A stretch of DNA of 64,000 bases from Flavobacteriales bacterium (GCA_965655625.1 CBFHHA010000008.1:3742-67741), one strand, 5' to 3'. Shown: positions 1 to 11,503, counted from the first letter of the stretch. The notes: a model not told the origin generated them from the letters alone. Program-made: numbers and translations.

Positions 1-942
1 TGCGGCATTCAGTGAATCATTGGAAGCAGAATCTGGAGCATTTACATATTCTGTCAAATTAATTCCTGTAAAAGTAAAAGATGCTTCACTTGAACCAACA
101 TTAAAATTATTTGATTTCCAATTAATAAACCCAACATCCACAAGGCTCGCATTCAAATTAATTTTGTTGGATAGCTGATAAGTAATCCCTAGGTCAATTA
201 CTCCACCTAAATTTGAGTTATTAAGTAGATAATCGACTACTTGACCGTTATTGATGTCACTAGCTGTATCAAACCCCGAAGATCTGACGTCAATCTCTCC
301 ATTAAGTTTCCAGTCATAGTTGTTTGGATTTGTTTGTAACTGAATGGTATTTATTTTTGTCCAAACATTCGATTTACCGACTAAAAATTTAACCTTAGCA
401 CCTAAACTTAATTTATCAGAAAACTGTCTTTGCCAGCCTACTCCAAATTCTCGATAATGAGAAAAGTTAATTCCCGTATTGCTAAAATCCAATTCACCGT
501 TATGTTCTGCAAAATTGGCATTTCCGTAGAGAGGAAGCTCCAAAAATCCGCGAGAAAAATTCATTCTTGTGAATATATTCTCAGTGATATTAAAACTGAA
601 ATAATTCTTTTTTATTTGAAACCCCAAAGAGAACAAATCTAATCTGACAGAAGCTCCTAAGTAATTATTGTTTTTAATTTTTTTCTTGAATTCATCTATC
701 GCCAAATAGGTTGTTCCGTCTCTTGTGTCGAATAGATTAGCGGGAGTAAATGTTGTATTGAGGTGATCAAAATAAAGAGAAGAAATACCAGGCAAACCAA
801 TGTTTACTTTTGCTTTTGGTTTAAATGCGGGATTTAGATACAAGTTCTGTGGTACATTTTCCATGTAGTACAACGTTAAATCTTGTTGTCCGTAACTCAA
901 ACATGTAATTAAAATAGATAGGTTAACTAATATCTTTTTCAT
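1..942 (-). CDS. Outer-membrane beta-barrel protein, PorP/SprF-like; its 3' end lies outside the window
   Basis: Minus-strand frame with ATG at 942-940 stays open to position 1 (314 codons, checked codon by codon). It is missing from the ORF track because it leaves the window. The N-terminus MKKILVNLSILITCLSYGQQDLTLYYMENVPQNLYLNPAF has a signal peptide followed by a QQD..Y..N...NPA(F/Y) pattern like PorP/SprF barrels. The rest has alternating, beta-strand-like composition. Confidence 0.5.
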   Translation of the reverse strand, partial: MKKILVNLSILITCLSYGQQDLTLYYMENVPQNLYLNPAFKPKAKVNIGLPGISSLYFDHLNTTFTPANLFDTRDGTTYLAIDEFKKKIKNNNYLGASVRLDLFSLGFQIKKNYFSFNITENIFTRMNFSRGFLELPLYGNANFAEHNGELDFSNTGINFSHYREFGVGWQRQFSDKLSLGAKVKFLVGKSNVWTKINTIQLQTNPNNYDWKLNGEIDVRSSGFDTASDINNGQVVDYLLNNSNLGGVIDLGITYQLSNKINLNASLVDVGFINWKSNNFNVGSSEASFTFTGINLTEYVNAPDSASNDSLNAA

Positions 943-960
943 AATTCTTATTTTCAGGTA

Positions 961-2616
961 CTAGTTTAAAGAAAGGGTTAAATCAACTTTTGCCGATACT
1001 TTGATATCAATATAATCTTGAGGGAAAAACTTAACATTTTTTAAAGCAGCGTTCTCGATGGTATTGAATTTTGCAGAATACAAAATCTTAGCTTGATTAT
1101 TAGCTAATAATCCCTTGTATTGCTCCTTCGTAAGAATTACATCCAAGGTTTTCTTACCGGGAGAGGTAACTCTTCCATAATTAACATCAGAAGTTGGAAC
1201 CGAAAAGTTGACCGTTCCCGCTTCCAGTATTTCTTTTGAGCCTGCCACAAAAAGAGAATCCAATACATTGTTGTTGTCATCCAAAAAGTAGGCTTGAATG
1301 GAAGTTGAAACGGGGATTCCATTTGTAACCAAAAGCCTTAGGGTTAGTTTATTCAGATTATCAGCATCGCTAGAATCTATACCTAAGACATCTTGGAGTT
1401 TGGTTGAATTGGTATCATTAAGTTCGAAACCGTCTGCTCTCCCATCCAATGGAACCAAAAATTTAGTATTTGCCCAAAGTCGAGAGTCCTCTGAAAAAAA
1501 GTTTTTAGTAATCCCTCCAGGATTTAATTCAACCGAGGATGTAAAAGCTAATTTACTTGGCATTTCATTCAATACATCTGTAATGGTAGGAGAGGTATTT
1601 GAATTATCTATCGTGTGATTGGTTATGGTAGAATCTCCTCTGAAGTTTGCCTTTGTAATGGTTGGGAAAGAGGTCAAACCTGGTCCGCCAATATTTTGAT
1701 TTACCGTATTGTCTGGGGCAGAAATTGAAGTGAATTGGGCATCAAAAGTAACTCCGGTGGAATTAAAAAGCTCTAATTCTATTCTCGGATTGGCTAAACT
1801 GACAGATCCACCAAATGAATTTTTAAAAATATCGTATTCCACCGTATCTGATTCTGTGATTGTTCGATTACCAAAATACCCATGTACGATATCAATTTCT
1901 GACAAAACAAATCCGCTATTAAATGAAATTGATTCAGCAGTTGTAGCGATGGCAGCTCCTTTGGTTAACGTAGTATTGAAATTAAATCTCAATGTATTAT
2001 TAGTAGTACCGCCATCCGTCAAATCAATTTTATATCCCGAAAGAGAGAGATTAATTACCTGCGTGATTGGTGTTGTACCTGTATAGGTTAAAGGTATTGT
2101 GTCTGTATAAATTCGACCACTTTTTATCAAAGAAGGAATAGTTAACACAATAGAAATATCATGTGAGTAAGAGGAAGAAACTTGTATGGATAAACTTCCA
2201 TTTTTTATCAGGATTGAATCGATTTGTTCGGATGCCGGAACTGTGAAAGCCTCTGCATTACTGCTAGAAAAACTGTAAGTTGTTCCTGTTGGAACAATAT
2301 TAAAAGCTGACACCTCAGTTGCACTCATAGAAGTAGAAGAGGAAACTGATTGGTTGGCAATATTAAAAAAATCGCTAAGTCTTAAATCTACTGATTCGCT
2401 TTGAAAAACAAATTCTAGTAGCCCAGTGGTTGGATTTACCATTAAAAAACGATTTGATTGATTAGTTAACCTACTCAATGGCATGGTTACATTTCCTATG
2501 GGTAAGGCAAAACTTGGATCAAAGGGATCTGAATTAACTTTTTGTAACTCGATTTCTTCTTTGATGCAACTAGATAATAAAAGAAGAAGAATTAAAAATT
2601 TTATCGTTTTTTTCAT
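961..2616 (-). CDS. Lipoprotein of unknown function (551 aa)
   Basis: Long ORF with a signal peptide and lipobox (LLLLLSSC). It is rich in Ser/Thr/Asn and beta-type sequence, and ends 18 nt upstream of the barrel gene, so the two are probably co-transcribed. Confidence 0.6.
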   Translation of the reverse strand: MKKTIKFLILLLLLSSCIKEEIELQKVNSDPFDPSFALPIGNVTMPLSRLTNQSNRFLMVNPTTGLLEFVFQSESVDLRLSDFFNIANQSVSSSTSMSATEVSAFNIVPTGTTYSFSSSNAEAFTVPASEQIDSILIKNGSLSIQVSSSYSHDISIVLTIPSLIKSGRIYTDTIPLTYTGTTPITQVINLSLSGYKIDLTDGGTTNNTLRFNFNTTLTKGAAIATTAESISFNSGFVLSEIDIVHGYFGNRTITESDTVEYDIFKNSFGGSVSLANPRIELELFNSTGVTFDAQFTSISAPDNTVNQNIGGPGLTSFPTITKANFRGDSTITNHTIDNSNTSPTITDVLNEMPSKLAFTSSVELNPGGITKNFFSEDSRLWANTKFLVPLDGRADGFELNDTNSTKLQDVLGIDSSDADNLNKLTLRLLVTNGIPVSTSIQAYFLDDNNNVLDSLFVAGSKEILEAGTVNFSVPTSDVNYGRVTSPGKKTLDVILTKEQYKGLLANNQAKILYSAKFNTIENAALKNVKFFPQDYIDIKVSAKVDLTLSLN

Positions 2617-2930
2617 ATTAAAAATATTGGTTTAGCTCATATTTGGCAAGACAATTGGAATCTAAAAGATCTATTTCAAAAACATTAATGGTACAAAACT
2701 AAAAATATTTTTAGTTGAACAATTGAAAATGAATCAAATTAATAACGCATGAATTGACACTATAAAGATAGTTCTATTTTAGCGCCCAATTGAACAATAA
2801 AAAAGAAATGAAAACGCTGTTGAGTGAATTATAATTAAAAACGAAGACTCTAAATAAATGCTGACAAACAGAGAAAAAAATAGCTGTTAGAACAAGTAAC
2901 ATTGAGTTGAAATTACCAATCAAAATGTGA

Positions 2931-2963
2931 TACTAAAAATTAGAATCACATGGGTAACATAGC
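2931..2963 (+). repeat. Short, internally deleted copy of the intergenic E-element family (E0)
   Basis: CTAAAAATTAG followed directly by TCACATGGGTAACATAGC. The second box matches TCACATGGGTAGCACA of copy E3 at 14 of 16 positions. Confidence 0.35.
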
Positions 2964-3224
2964 AATTAGTTGATTTAGCGCTTATTAAACTTCACAGTTC
3001 TGTTATATAAAAGCTCTCTCCTTTCATCGATAGGTATAATTCCCAGATTTTAAATTAGAAACATCTATAACACTCTCGTTCTTAAATGGAATTACAGTTT
3101 AACCTTATGCCTTGATTTCAATTCCAAAAGAATAAAAAATCAAAGATTCAATGTTGAATTGTGAAGTTGGATTTGGATAAATGATTAGGTTATTGTATTT
3201 TGTACAATAATTAAATTTACCCCT

Positions 3225-4988
3225 ATGAAAATAAAACTTTCACTTTTCAGCCTTTTTTTGATTTCTCTCGGATTTGGCCAAAGTCTGCCCATTAATTTTG
3301 AGAGCACTGTCACTACCTCAAATTTTATAAACTTCGATGGAGGAACATCGATTGTCGTTGCTAACCCCAGTAAAACGGGAATTAATCTTAGTGATTCTGT
3401 AGGCCGAATGGTCCGAGATAGCGGCCAAATATGGGCAGGAAGCAAAATTGCCTTAAGTTCAAATCTTAGTTTTTCCGTACTAACCAAATTATCCATGAAG
3501 GTATACACAACAGCTCCTGTAGGAACCTTGGTTAAACTCAAATTAGAAAGTACTACTGGAAGCGGTTCTGCGGAGGTAAATACTTTAACCACTGTTTCGG
3601 GAACATGGGAAACACTGGAATGGATTTTTGCAGGAACTCCTAATACTTTCAACGAAGTCGTTTTTATGTTTGATTTTGGTAATTTGGGTGATGGATCTGC
3701 CAACTCCACATTTTATTTTGATGATATAGAGCAAGTTGTTGGGCCACCAGCTCCAAGCTTACTTTCATTACCACTCACTTTTCAGACAGGAGAAGTAAGT
3801 TCCGATTTTCTTGATTTTTCAGGTGCTGTTGGTTCAGTTATTAACAATCCGCAAATGTCTGGTATCAATACCAGTTCCAAAGTTGGAGAAATCGTTCGTT
3901 ACGGAGGAGATATCTGGGCAGGTAGTAAAATTATACTTGCAACACCTATCAATTTTGCCACCAATTGGATTATTTCAATGAAAATATATACCACTGCCCC
4001 TGTGGGAACTAGACTTAAATTAGAATTAGAGGGAGCTTCTGGGATGATAACTTTGGATGCACTTACAACACAAACTGGTGCATGGGAAACGATAACCTGG
4101 AATTTTCATAATCAAACAGGAACATATAATAGAATGGCTTTTTTATTCGATTTTGGTGTTGTTGGCAATGGAACTGCCGCCTCAACATTTTTATTTGATG
4201 ATATAGAACAACTTTCAGGACCAGCTTTGCCAATCCCCTCACCGGCAACACTGCCAATAGATTTTGAATCTAGTGTTATTACCTCTGATTTTCAAAACTT
4301 CTTTGGCGGGTATTCTACAGTAATTCCAAACCCTCAAATGACAGGAACAAATACGAGTGCCACAGTAGGAGAGTTCGTTAGAAGTGGAGGACAATCTTGG
4401 GCTCAGAGTAAATTGATTTTGAGTGATAGTATGGACCTATCAACAAAAAGCGCAATTTCGATGAAAGTGTTTACACATGCTCCCGTGGGTACTCTATTAA
4501 AACTAAAAGTTGAGAGCACAGGTTCTGGAGCTGCCAATGAAAAAAATGTGTTAACTACGGTTTCTGGAAGTTGGGCAACTTATGAATGGGATTTTTCTGG
4601 AGACCCACCTGTGTATAATGTTTTAACCTTTATGTTAGGTTATGGAACACCAAATACAGCTGATTCTTTAGCTACCTATTTAATAGATGACATCAAGCAA
4701 ACTGCTCCTGGAGGAACTTTAAGTTTGAATAATTTAAATAAGGATGAATTGATTCAGATTTATCCAAATCCCTCAAATTACTTAGTAAACTTTAGGTCAC
4801 AAGAGGAAAAAATAGCCTCTGTGGTTTTATATAATGTATTGGGCAATCAAGTTGTTTCGGTAAATCCAACAAATAAGCTGTATGTAAATGTAGATGTATC
4901 CGATCTACCAAATGGATTATATATTGCAAAAGTAACGATGCAAAACAATAGCGCTGTGAGAAGTTATAAATTATCCGTAGAACATTAA
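3225..4988 (+). CDS. T9SS-secreted protein with three tandem CBM-like beta-sandwich modules
   Basis: Signal peptide, then three modules of about 150 aa (nt 3285-3734, 3768-4214, 4251-4700). Each runs LP(I/L)xF(E/Q) ... NP(S/Q)..G(I/T)N.S ... WAGSK ... Y(T)TAPVGT.(L)KLK(L)E ... (F)DDI(E/K)Q. The C-terminus IYPNPSNYLVNF...LPNGLYIAKV is a T9SS sorting domain. Confidence 0.8.
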   Translation: MKIKLSLFSLFLISLGFGQSLPINFESTVTTSNFINFDGGTSIVVANPSKTGINLSDSVGRMVRDSGQIWAGSKIALSSNLSFSVLTKLSMKVYTTAPVGTLVKLKLESTTGSGSAEVNTLTTVSGTWETLEWIFAGTPNTFNEVVFMFDFGNLGDGSANSTFYFDDIEQVVGPPAPSLLSLPLTFQTGEVSSDFLDFSGAVGSVINNPQMSGINTSSKVGEIVRYGGDIWAGSKIILATPINFATNWIISMKIYTTAPVGTRLKLELEGASGMITLDALTTQTGAWETITWNFHNQTGTYNRMAFLFDFGVVGNGTAASTFLFDDIEQLSGPALPIPSPATLPIDFESSVITSDFQNFFGGYSTVIPNPQMTGTNTSATVGEFVRSGGQSWAQSKLILSDSMDLSTKSAISMKVFTHAPVGTLLKLKVESTGSGAANEKNVLTTVSGSWATYEWDFSGDPPVYNVLTFMLGYGTPNTADSLATYLIDDIKQTAPGGTLSLNNLNKDELIQIYPNPSNYLVNFRSQEEKIASVVLYNVLGNQVVSVNPTNKLYVNVDVSDLPNGLYIAKVTMQNNSAVRSYKLSVEH

Positions 4989-5097
4989 GAAAACGTATAA
5001 TTATTGACTGAGTATAAAATTATTACAAAAAAAACCAAACTTACATCAAGGTTATTGTAAAATTTACATTAACTTGTGTACTTAAAAAACTATTATT

Positions 5098-5946
5098 ATG
5101 AAAAATACATTGACAAACAAACTATTGGCTTTGGCCTTTCTTACCATTACTGGTAATCTTTGTGCGCAAAATGTTCCTATTGATTTTGAAACGAGTGGGA
5201 ACGGAGCATCTTGGACTTGGACGGTTTTTGAGAACACAACAAACCCTCCCCTTTTGATTATAGATAATCCTGATAAAAGTGGAATCAATACTTCGTGTAA
5301 AGTTGCTCAATTCACTGCACTTCAATCAGGAAATCCATGGGCTGGATGTGAAAGCTCACACGGATCTGGTCTTGGTTCCTTTATGTTGGATACGAACACA
5401 AGCACCATAAAAATAATGGTTTGGAAATCAGTTATTAGTGATGTAGGTATTAAGTTAGTTACTCCTACGGCAGCAGCACTTCCAGAAATTAAAATTCCAA
5501 ATACATTAACCAATCAGTGGGAACTGATAACTTTCGATTTTTCTGGCTACATCGGACAAGGTCCTTATGCTACAGAAATGGTGGATCAAGTAGTGATTTT
5601 TCCTGATTTTAACTTGGCGGGAAGAACCCAAGACAACATTTGTTATTTCGATAATGTTTGGGGGGTAGATTCTGTTACTCAATTATGCAGTGGAGTTTCA
5701 ATTAATGAGTCAGAAAAAATGAACTTCAACTTTTACCCTAATCCTACCACAGATGCAATAACAATAGAATCTGAATCAGTAATCGATGGAATATCCATTT
5801 ATGACATAAAAGGAGCTGTTGTAGCAACAGAAAAAACGTCTAGCAAAGTGGTTTCAATTGATGTAAATGAATTGATAAGCGGTGTGTATTTTGTGGAAGC
5901 TAAGATTAATGACCAATTAGTCAGAAAAAAACTTATCAAAGAATAA
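5098..5946 (+). CDS. T9SS-secreted protein with one CBM-like module
   Basis: Signal peptide. VPIDFETSG...NPDKSGINTS...NPWAG is the same module type as in 3225..4988. The C-terminal sorting domain is FYPNPTTDAITIES...SGVYFVEAKI. Confidence 0.8.
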   Translation: MKNTLTNKLLALAFLTITGNLCAQNVPIDFETSGNGASWTWTVFENTTNPPLLIIDNPDKSGINTSCKVAQFTALQSGNPWAGCESSHGSGLGSFMLDTNTSTIKIMVWKSVISDVGIKLVTPTAAALPEIKIPNTLTNQWELITFDFSGYIGQGPYATEMVDQVVIFPDFNLAGRTQDNICYFDNVWGVDSVTQLCSGVSINESEKMNFNFYPNPTTDAITIESESVIDGISIYDIKGAVVATEKTSSKVVSIDVNELISGVYFVEAKINDQLVRKKLIKE

Positions 5947-6023
5947 CATAAATAAGCTGTTCTCTCACATTATTTCAATAGAGAAAATCATGAAATGATT
6001 ACAGTGGAACAAAACATGTATTG

Positions 6024-6058
6024 AAAAAGGCCAATCTCTTCAGATTGGCCTTTTTTTT
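6024..6058. terminator. Bidirectional rho-independent terminator between convergent genes
   Basis: AAAAAGGCCAATCT-CTTC-AGATTGGCCTTTTTTTT: a perfect 10-bp stem flanked by an A-run and a T-run. Confidence 0.8.
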
Positions 6059-6165
6059 ATGCTATCGGGAAATCATCGATAAAAGAATCACAAAGGAAGT
6101 TAGAATAAAAGTGAACTAAAGTAAAATGAGTCTATTGAATAGAAACAGAAGAATCTTACTATCAA

Positions 6166-7788
6166 TTATGACTTCACAAATTTAACTGAATAACTTTTAC
6201 CTTCTATCTGATAATTTAGAAAATATAGTCCTTTTGGCAGTGTATTCAATCCATTTATTTTCAATTTATTGTGTTGAGTATACGTTGGGAAACTTTTAAT
6301 CCATTTTCCTTCTTTTGAAAATAAATTAAACACAACTTGATTTGTATTAGTTGCCTTAGTTTCTATAGTTAGCTCATCCATAACCGGATTTGGGTAAAAC
6401 ACGGGGGAGTAGTTTATATTTTTTTCCGAAATAGAAAGCCGAGGTTCTTGGTATATTCTAATATAATCTACACTCATTGTATCTTCCGAAAAGCTAGAAG
6501 CAATTCTGGGTTCAATAGCGATATTCAACAATATATATTGTTCAGCATCAAAAGGCCACGTACTAGCATCCTTTACACCAGGATTATATACATAATGAAC
6601 TACACTATCTACGCTAAATACCATTTTCTCGCTTGTCCACTCTAATGCATACACATGAAAATCTGTTGAGACCGTACTAATTGTCTGTCCACCATGATTT
6701 ACAGTAGCACCAAAACTAGAGGGAGTGTGTAGGGCACTTTGAACAAAATTTTGATTTGCTCCCCAGTGCTCCATGATATCAATTTCGCCACAAGCTGGCC
6801 ACCCAGTTGTGCCATATCCTTGAGTTTGCCAATAGGCACCTGTCTCTGAAATATTTTTTCCCAACATCCAAATTGCTGGCCAAGTTCCAACACCAGTAGG
6901 TAATTTTGCTCTTACTTCTACCCTTCCATATTTAAACGCAAATTTTGAATTAAGCCTTGCTGATGTAAATTGCTTGGTGTGACCTTGGTCTGTAAAAGTT
7001 TCTCTTTTTGCTATTAAATTCAATTTCCCCCCTTCCATTGATGAATTTACCATCCTGTTGGTGTAATGTTGTATCTCTCCGTTAAACCAACTTCCACCAG
7101 AAGGTAGCTGAGTTTGATGAAACCACTTCAAATTACTTATTGCACCGTTCCCATTAAATTCATCCGACCAAACTAATTGACTAAAAATAGAGGTAGGAAC
7201 AGTATCGTAATATTCAAAATCATCAAAATAAGCTAGTGCTTGATCGGTATTATTTTCACCATTTACTTGAATAAGAATTCTATTTAAATCTGTCCGTAAC
7301 ACGGGAGCAGGCGAAGCAGCATCCAAATTGATGTAGGGATCTGTATCAAAATTAAACGTAACAGTTTGCCACTGGTTAAGGGAAATGTTTTTTATGATTT
7401 CTGTTTGAGTTGACCAAGGAGTAGAAGAAGAACCATTTTGTAATTTTAAAGACACCTGGTTATTTTGAGTTCCAGTAATCCCGGAAGAAGGAACATATAT
7501 TTTAATTGAAAAAATATGATTAATGGACAAATTAAGATTTCTTCCTACATCCAACCTTACATTTGCGAATTGACCTCCAACATCGTGATATTTTAATACT
7601 TTACTAGATGTATTTATACCTGTAGAATAAGGATTGTTAAAATTTGTGTCGATCTGACAGTTATCGCCTACCCAAGTTGAAATCCCTGTTCCAGTCTCAA
7701 AATTATCGATGATACTTTGAGAGTAAGAAAAATTGTTAAATAGGAATAGAAAAACGAATTGAAATAAAAATATGGATTTTTTAATCAT
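6166..7788 (-). CDS. GH16 endo-beta-1,3-glucanase (laminarinase-like) with N-terminal CBM-like module and T9SS sorting domain
   Basis: GH16 catalytic signature GEIDIMEH preceded by WPAIWMLG. The N-terminal IIDNFETG...NPYSTGINTSSKV module is related to the two neighbouring genes. The C-terminus is FYPNPVMDELTIET...KGLYFLNYQI. Confidence 0.85.
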   Translation of the reverse strand: MIKKSIFLFQFVFLFLFNNFSYSQSIIDNFETGTGISTWVGDNCQIDTNFNNPYSTGINTSSKVLKYHDVGGQFANVRLDVGRNLNLSINHIFSIKIYVPSSGITGTQNNQVSLKLQNGSSSTPWSTQTEIIKNISLNQWQTVTFNFDTDPYINLDAASPAPVLRTDLNRILIQVNGENNTDQALAYFDDFEYYDTVPTSIFSQLVWSDEFNGNGAISNLKWFHQTQLPSGGSWFNGEIQHYTNRMVNSSMEGGKLNLIAKRETFTDQGHTKQFTSARLNSKFAFKYGRVEVRAKLPTGVGTWPAIWMLGKNISETGAYWQTQGYGTTGWPACGEIDIMEHWGANQNFVQSALHTPSSFGATVNHGGQTISTVSTDFHVYALEWTSEKMVFSVDSVVHYVYNPGVKDASTWPFDAEQYILLNIAIEPRIASSFSEDTMSVDYIRIYQEPRLSISEKNINYSPVFYPNPVMDELTIETKATNTNQVVFNLFSKEGKWIKSFPTYTQHNKLKINGLNTLPKGLYFLNYQIEGKSYSVKFVKS

Positions 7789-8234
7789 GTGGAATATAGT
7801 TATTGTCTAAAATACAAAAACCTAAATTACAAAAAAATAAATGAATTTTCTCTCCTCCTACCACTTTAGAAAATAATTTTAATTTCTAATTCGAGATAGT
7901 TCATTAATAAAAATTATGATTCATTATTCTTTGCCAAACCTCATCTTGTTTGAAGTTTAAACCCGCATATTTTTTATGTAACTTATTCCCATTTTACTAA
8001 TAAAAAAAAATAACAGGATTAGACACTTTATTGTACGTTTTCATAAGTGCCTTTAACTCTTAAAAAATTATCATATACTCCTAGTCCAATATAAATTTAT
8101 TCCAAATTCCTCAAGCCAAATGAACATCCACTTTAATTAAAAAAATCATCTTTTAATGTTTTTTGGCTCAAAATATTCGCTAATAATTACATCATTCCAT
8201 TTTATTTAGTACCTTAAAGTAAAAATTACAATAA

Positions 8235-9233
<999 letters not shown>

Positions 9234-9351
9234 GGCAAAGTGCTAATTTCTATAATTAGTAATTCAATTCCTTCCAACTATTAAGTTTATTTTCAATATT
9301 TTTTTTTTCAAAGTAGCTCTAACAGCTAAATCTAACAGCTAAAAACAAAAA

Positions 9352-9380
9352 ACTCCAAGAGTTTAAACTCTTGGAGTTTT
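9352..9380 (+). terminator. Rho-independent terminator after gap
   Basis: ACTCCAAGAG-TTTAAA-CTCTTGGAGT followed by TTT. Confidence 0.75.
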
Positions 9381-9420
9381 AAATATATCTTTATAAAAAT
9401 CTGTAATGGTTTTTTAGGAC

Positions 9421-9500
9421 GTCACACTAGAACAATCAAAAATTAGGTTGTAACGATTATTAATATTCTATTTTTGGAGCCTTTTTGGTAACACAGATCT
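9421..9500 (+). repeat. Intergenic E-element copy E1
   Basis: GTCACACTAGAACAATCAAAAATTAGGTTGTAACGATT ... TTTTTGGAGCCTTTTTGGTAACACAGATC. Both boxes are shared with copies E2 to E5. Confidence 0.7.
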
Positions 9501-9676
9501 GTTTCTAAAAAATTAAGATTTTCTTTTTTCGTCCTATTCCTCTTTAATGAATTTTTTTTATTCCTACTGTTCTATTGTTTTTACCTTCGAATAAAATCAA
9601 ATAATAATTATTTCCTACATTAAGATTATCATACAGCCGAAAACAAAAAAGACCTAATTTAAAATAAGGAAAATAA

Positions 9677-10951
9677 TCATTCGAATGTTATCGTAACTTG
9701 ACCATCTCCGTTAGCAAAACTATATCCTTGAGTATGTGTAACATTTGTTGCAGATGGATCTGTATAAGATGATCCTCCTCCTCCTCCTCCTCCGGCATCT
9801 GAACCGTTAGAGTCTCCTCCTCCTCCTCCTCCATAATAACCTCCTCCTCCTCCACCTCCGAATCTACCGTTGTTACCTCCAGTACCACCTATACCAAATA
9901 TACCACTAGTACTATTGTAATTTACACTCACACCACCAGTAGTTTGATTTCCACCATTACCGCCTATAGCACCACTGCTTCCATTTCCATTTGGCCCTCT
10001 TGTTAGTCCAGGATTTGAAGCACTTTGATTTGTTCCGCCTGCTCCACCTGTTGATCCGTTACCTGCAGTAGTTCCTCCGCCATGTCCTCCATCACCTCCA
10101 GGTTGAGATTCTCTTCTTTGAACACCTCCGCCTCCGCCTCCGCCAGCTACATAAATTCTATTTGACAACGCAGTTGCGTTAATTCTAATATCAGTTGCAC
10201 CTCCACCTCCACCTCCACTGGTACCTCCCGGATCACCACCTCCGTTCCAACCACCCTGCCCATTCCCGGGCGTCCAAGGATTATATACAGGTTGATAAGT
10301 TGTACCTCCTGAATTTACAGTAGAACCACCTTTTCCACCTACATAAACATAAAATGTAGTCCCACTAGTAACATTATAAGTTGCCTGAACTCTTCCACCT
10401 AAACCACCACGACCATTCCATGAAGTTGATCCATGTCCTCCTTTTCCTCCATAACCATCTACCACAATTTTTGTTACTCCTAATGGAACCGTAAAACTTT
10501 GAACTGATCCTGTGTAGTTAAAAGTTATGGCTGCACTGGACACGTTTACAGTTAGGTTACCACTCTGTCCTCCAAAAGAAACAGCAAATACAGCAGAACC
10601 ACTTGTGGCGGGTGTTCCCGAAATCGTAAACAACAAAGAATCACTTCCATTAGCCAAAGTACCGCTTGACAAAGTGGCTGTCATTCCAGTAACGCCAGTT
10701 GATGAAAAACTTTGAGATGTATAGTCTCCACTATTTCCTCCTGTGTAAGGTATGTTTACAGTAACACCACTTGCTACTTGATTTTCTATAAGACCCCCTA
10801 ACTGATTACCAGAACTAAAGTTTAAAGAAGTAACAGTAGCTACTCTACTCTGATTACTGCCTCTACATTTGCAAGGAATTGTAAATGTAGTTTGAGAATA
10901 AAATAATTGTACTGATGTTAAAAAAAGAACTGATAATAAAAGGTGTTTCAT
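9677..10951 (-). CDS. Secreted glycine-rich protein
   Basis: Signal peptide. The N-terminal third is Ser/Thr-rich and beta-like; the C-terminal two thirds are dominated by GGxGG, GGGGGG and NG runs. No T9SS sorting domain is recognisable at the C-terminus (…GDGQVTITFE). Confidence 0.7.
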   Translation of the reverse strand: MKHLLLSVLFLTSVQLFYSQTTFTIPCKCRGSNQSRVATVTSLNFSSGNQLGGLIENQVASGVTVNIPYTGGNSGDYTSQSFSSTGVTGMTATLSSGTLANGSDSLLFTISGTPATSGSAVFAVSFGGQSGNLTVNVSSAAITFNYTGSVQSFTVPLGVTKIVVDGYGGKGGHGSTSWNGRGGLGGRVQATYNVTSGTTFYVYVGGKGGSTVNSGGTTYQPVYNPWTPGNGQGGWNGGGDPGGTSGGGGGGATDIRINATALSNRIYVAGGGGGGGVQRRESQPGGDGGHGGGTTAGNGSTGGAGGTNQSASNPGLTRGPNGNGSSGAIGGNGGNQTTGGVSVNYNSTSGIFGIGGTGGNNGRFGGGGGGGYYGGGGGGDSNGSDAGGGGGGGSSYTDPSATNVTHTQGYSFANGDGQVTITFE

Positions 10952-11253
10952 TGGGTTTAAGGTTTATTTTTTTGATTTGCCAAAAACAAAATTATCATAA
11001 ATATAGCTTTATTTTTGTTAATCACCTACTCCCAAAAGGAAATTAATAAAAAAGTTAGTATGTTACCTACAATAAAAAAAAATTACAAAAAAATGATATT
11101 TCATTCCAATTTAATAAAACTAACCATTTTTATTCGGTCTTTTATTGGAATAAAAAATTCTTTAATTGCGCAAGCTTGGAGTAAGTCTTTTACCGCTGGG
11201 GTTATCGATTCTAACGGAAGTTTACTTGGGGGTTCGGAGGTTTTACAATTAGT

Positions 11254-11340
11254 GTCTCACTAGAACGATCAAAAATTAGGGTGTAACTATTGTAAATCCT
11301 CAGATTCTATATTTTTGGTATTACTTTGGTAACACAAAAA
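11254..11340 (+). repeat. Intergenic E-element copy E2
   Basis: GTCTCACTAGAACGATCAAAAATTAGGGTGTAACTATT ... TTTTTGGTATTACTTTGGTAACACAAAAATC. Confidence 0.7.
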
Positions 11341-11503
11341 TCACTTTTCCCTCTAACCAAAAACCACTCTACCCAACTATCCATTTGTTTTACCGAATTA
11401 TATTTTGACAATAAATTCGATAATATTGATGTAAAAGAACGAAGAAGAACAAAAGACGGATAAGAATAAAATTGAATTTGGAATATTTTCAACATGGAGG
11501 TAA

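Noticed and set aside
3185-3709. 174-aa minus-strand ORF overlapping the start of 3225..4988
   Set aside because: It is fully antisense to a gene with a clear signal peptide, a threefold module structure and a T9SS sorting domain, and has no features of its own.
9688-10715. Poly-Glu ORF (9688..9888, minus) and a 62-aa plus-strand ORF inside the glycine-rich gene
   Set aside because: These are alternative-frame or antisense artefacts of the GGN-repeat DNA, and the long Gly-rich frame with a signal peptide explains the region.
11015-11263. 82-aa plus-strand ORF between the glycine-rich gene and E2
   Set aside because: It has no recognisable features, lies in very AT-rich sequence, and its 3' end runs into the E2 repeat, so it is probably non-coding.
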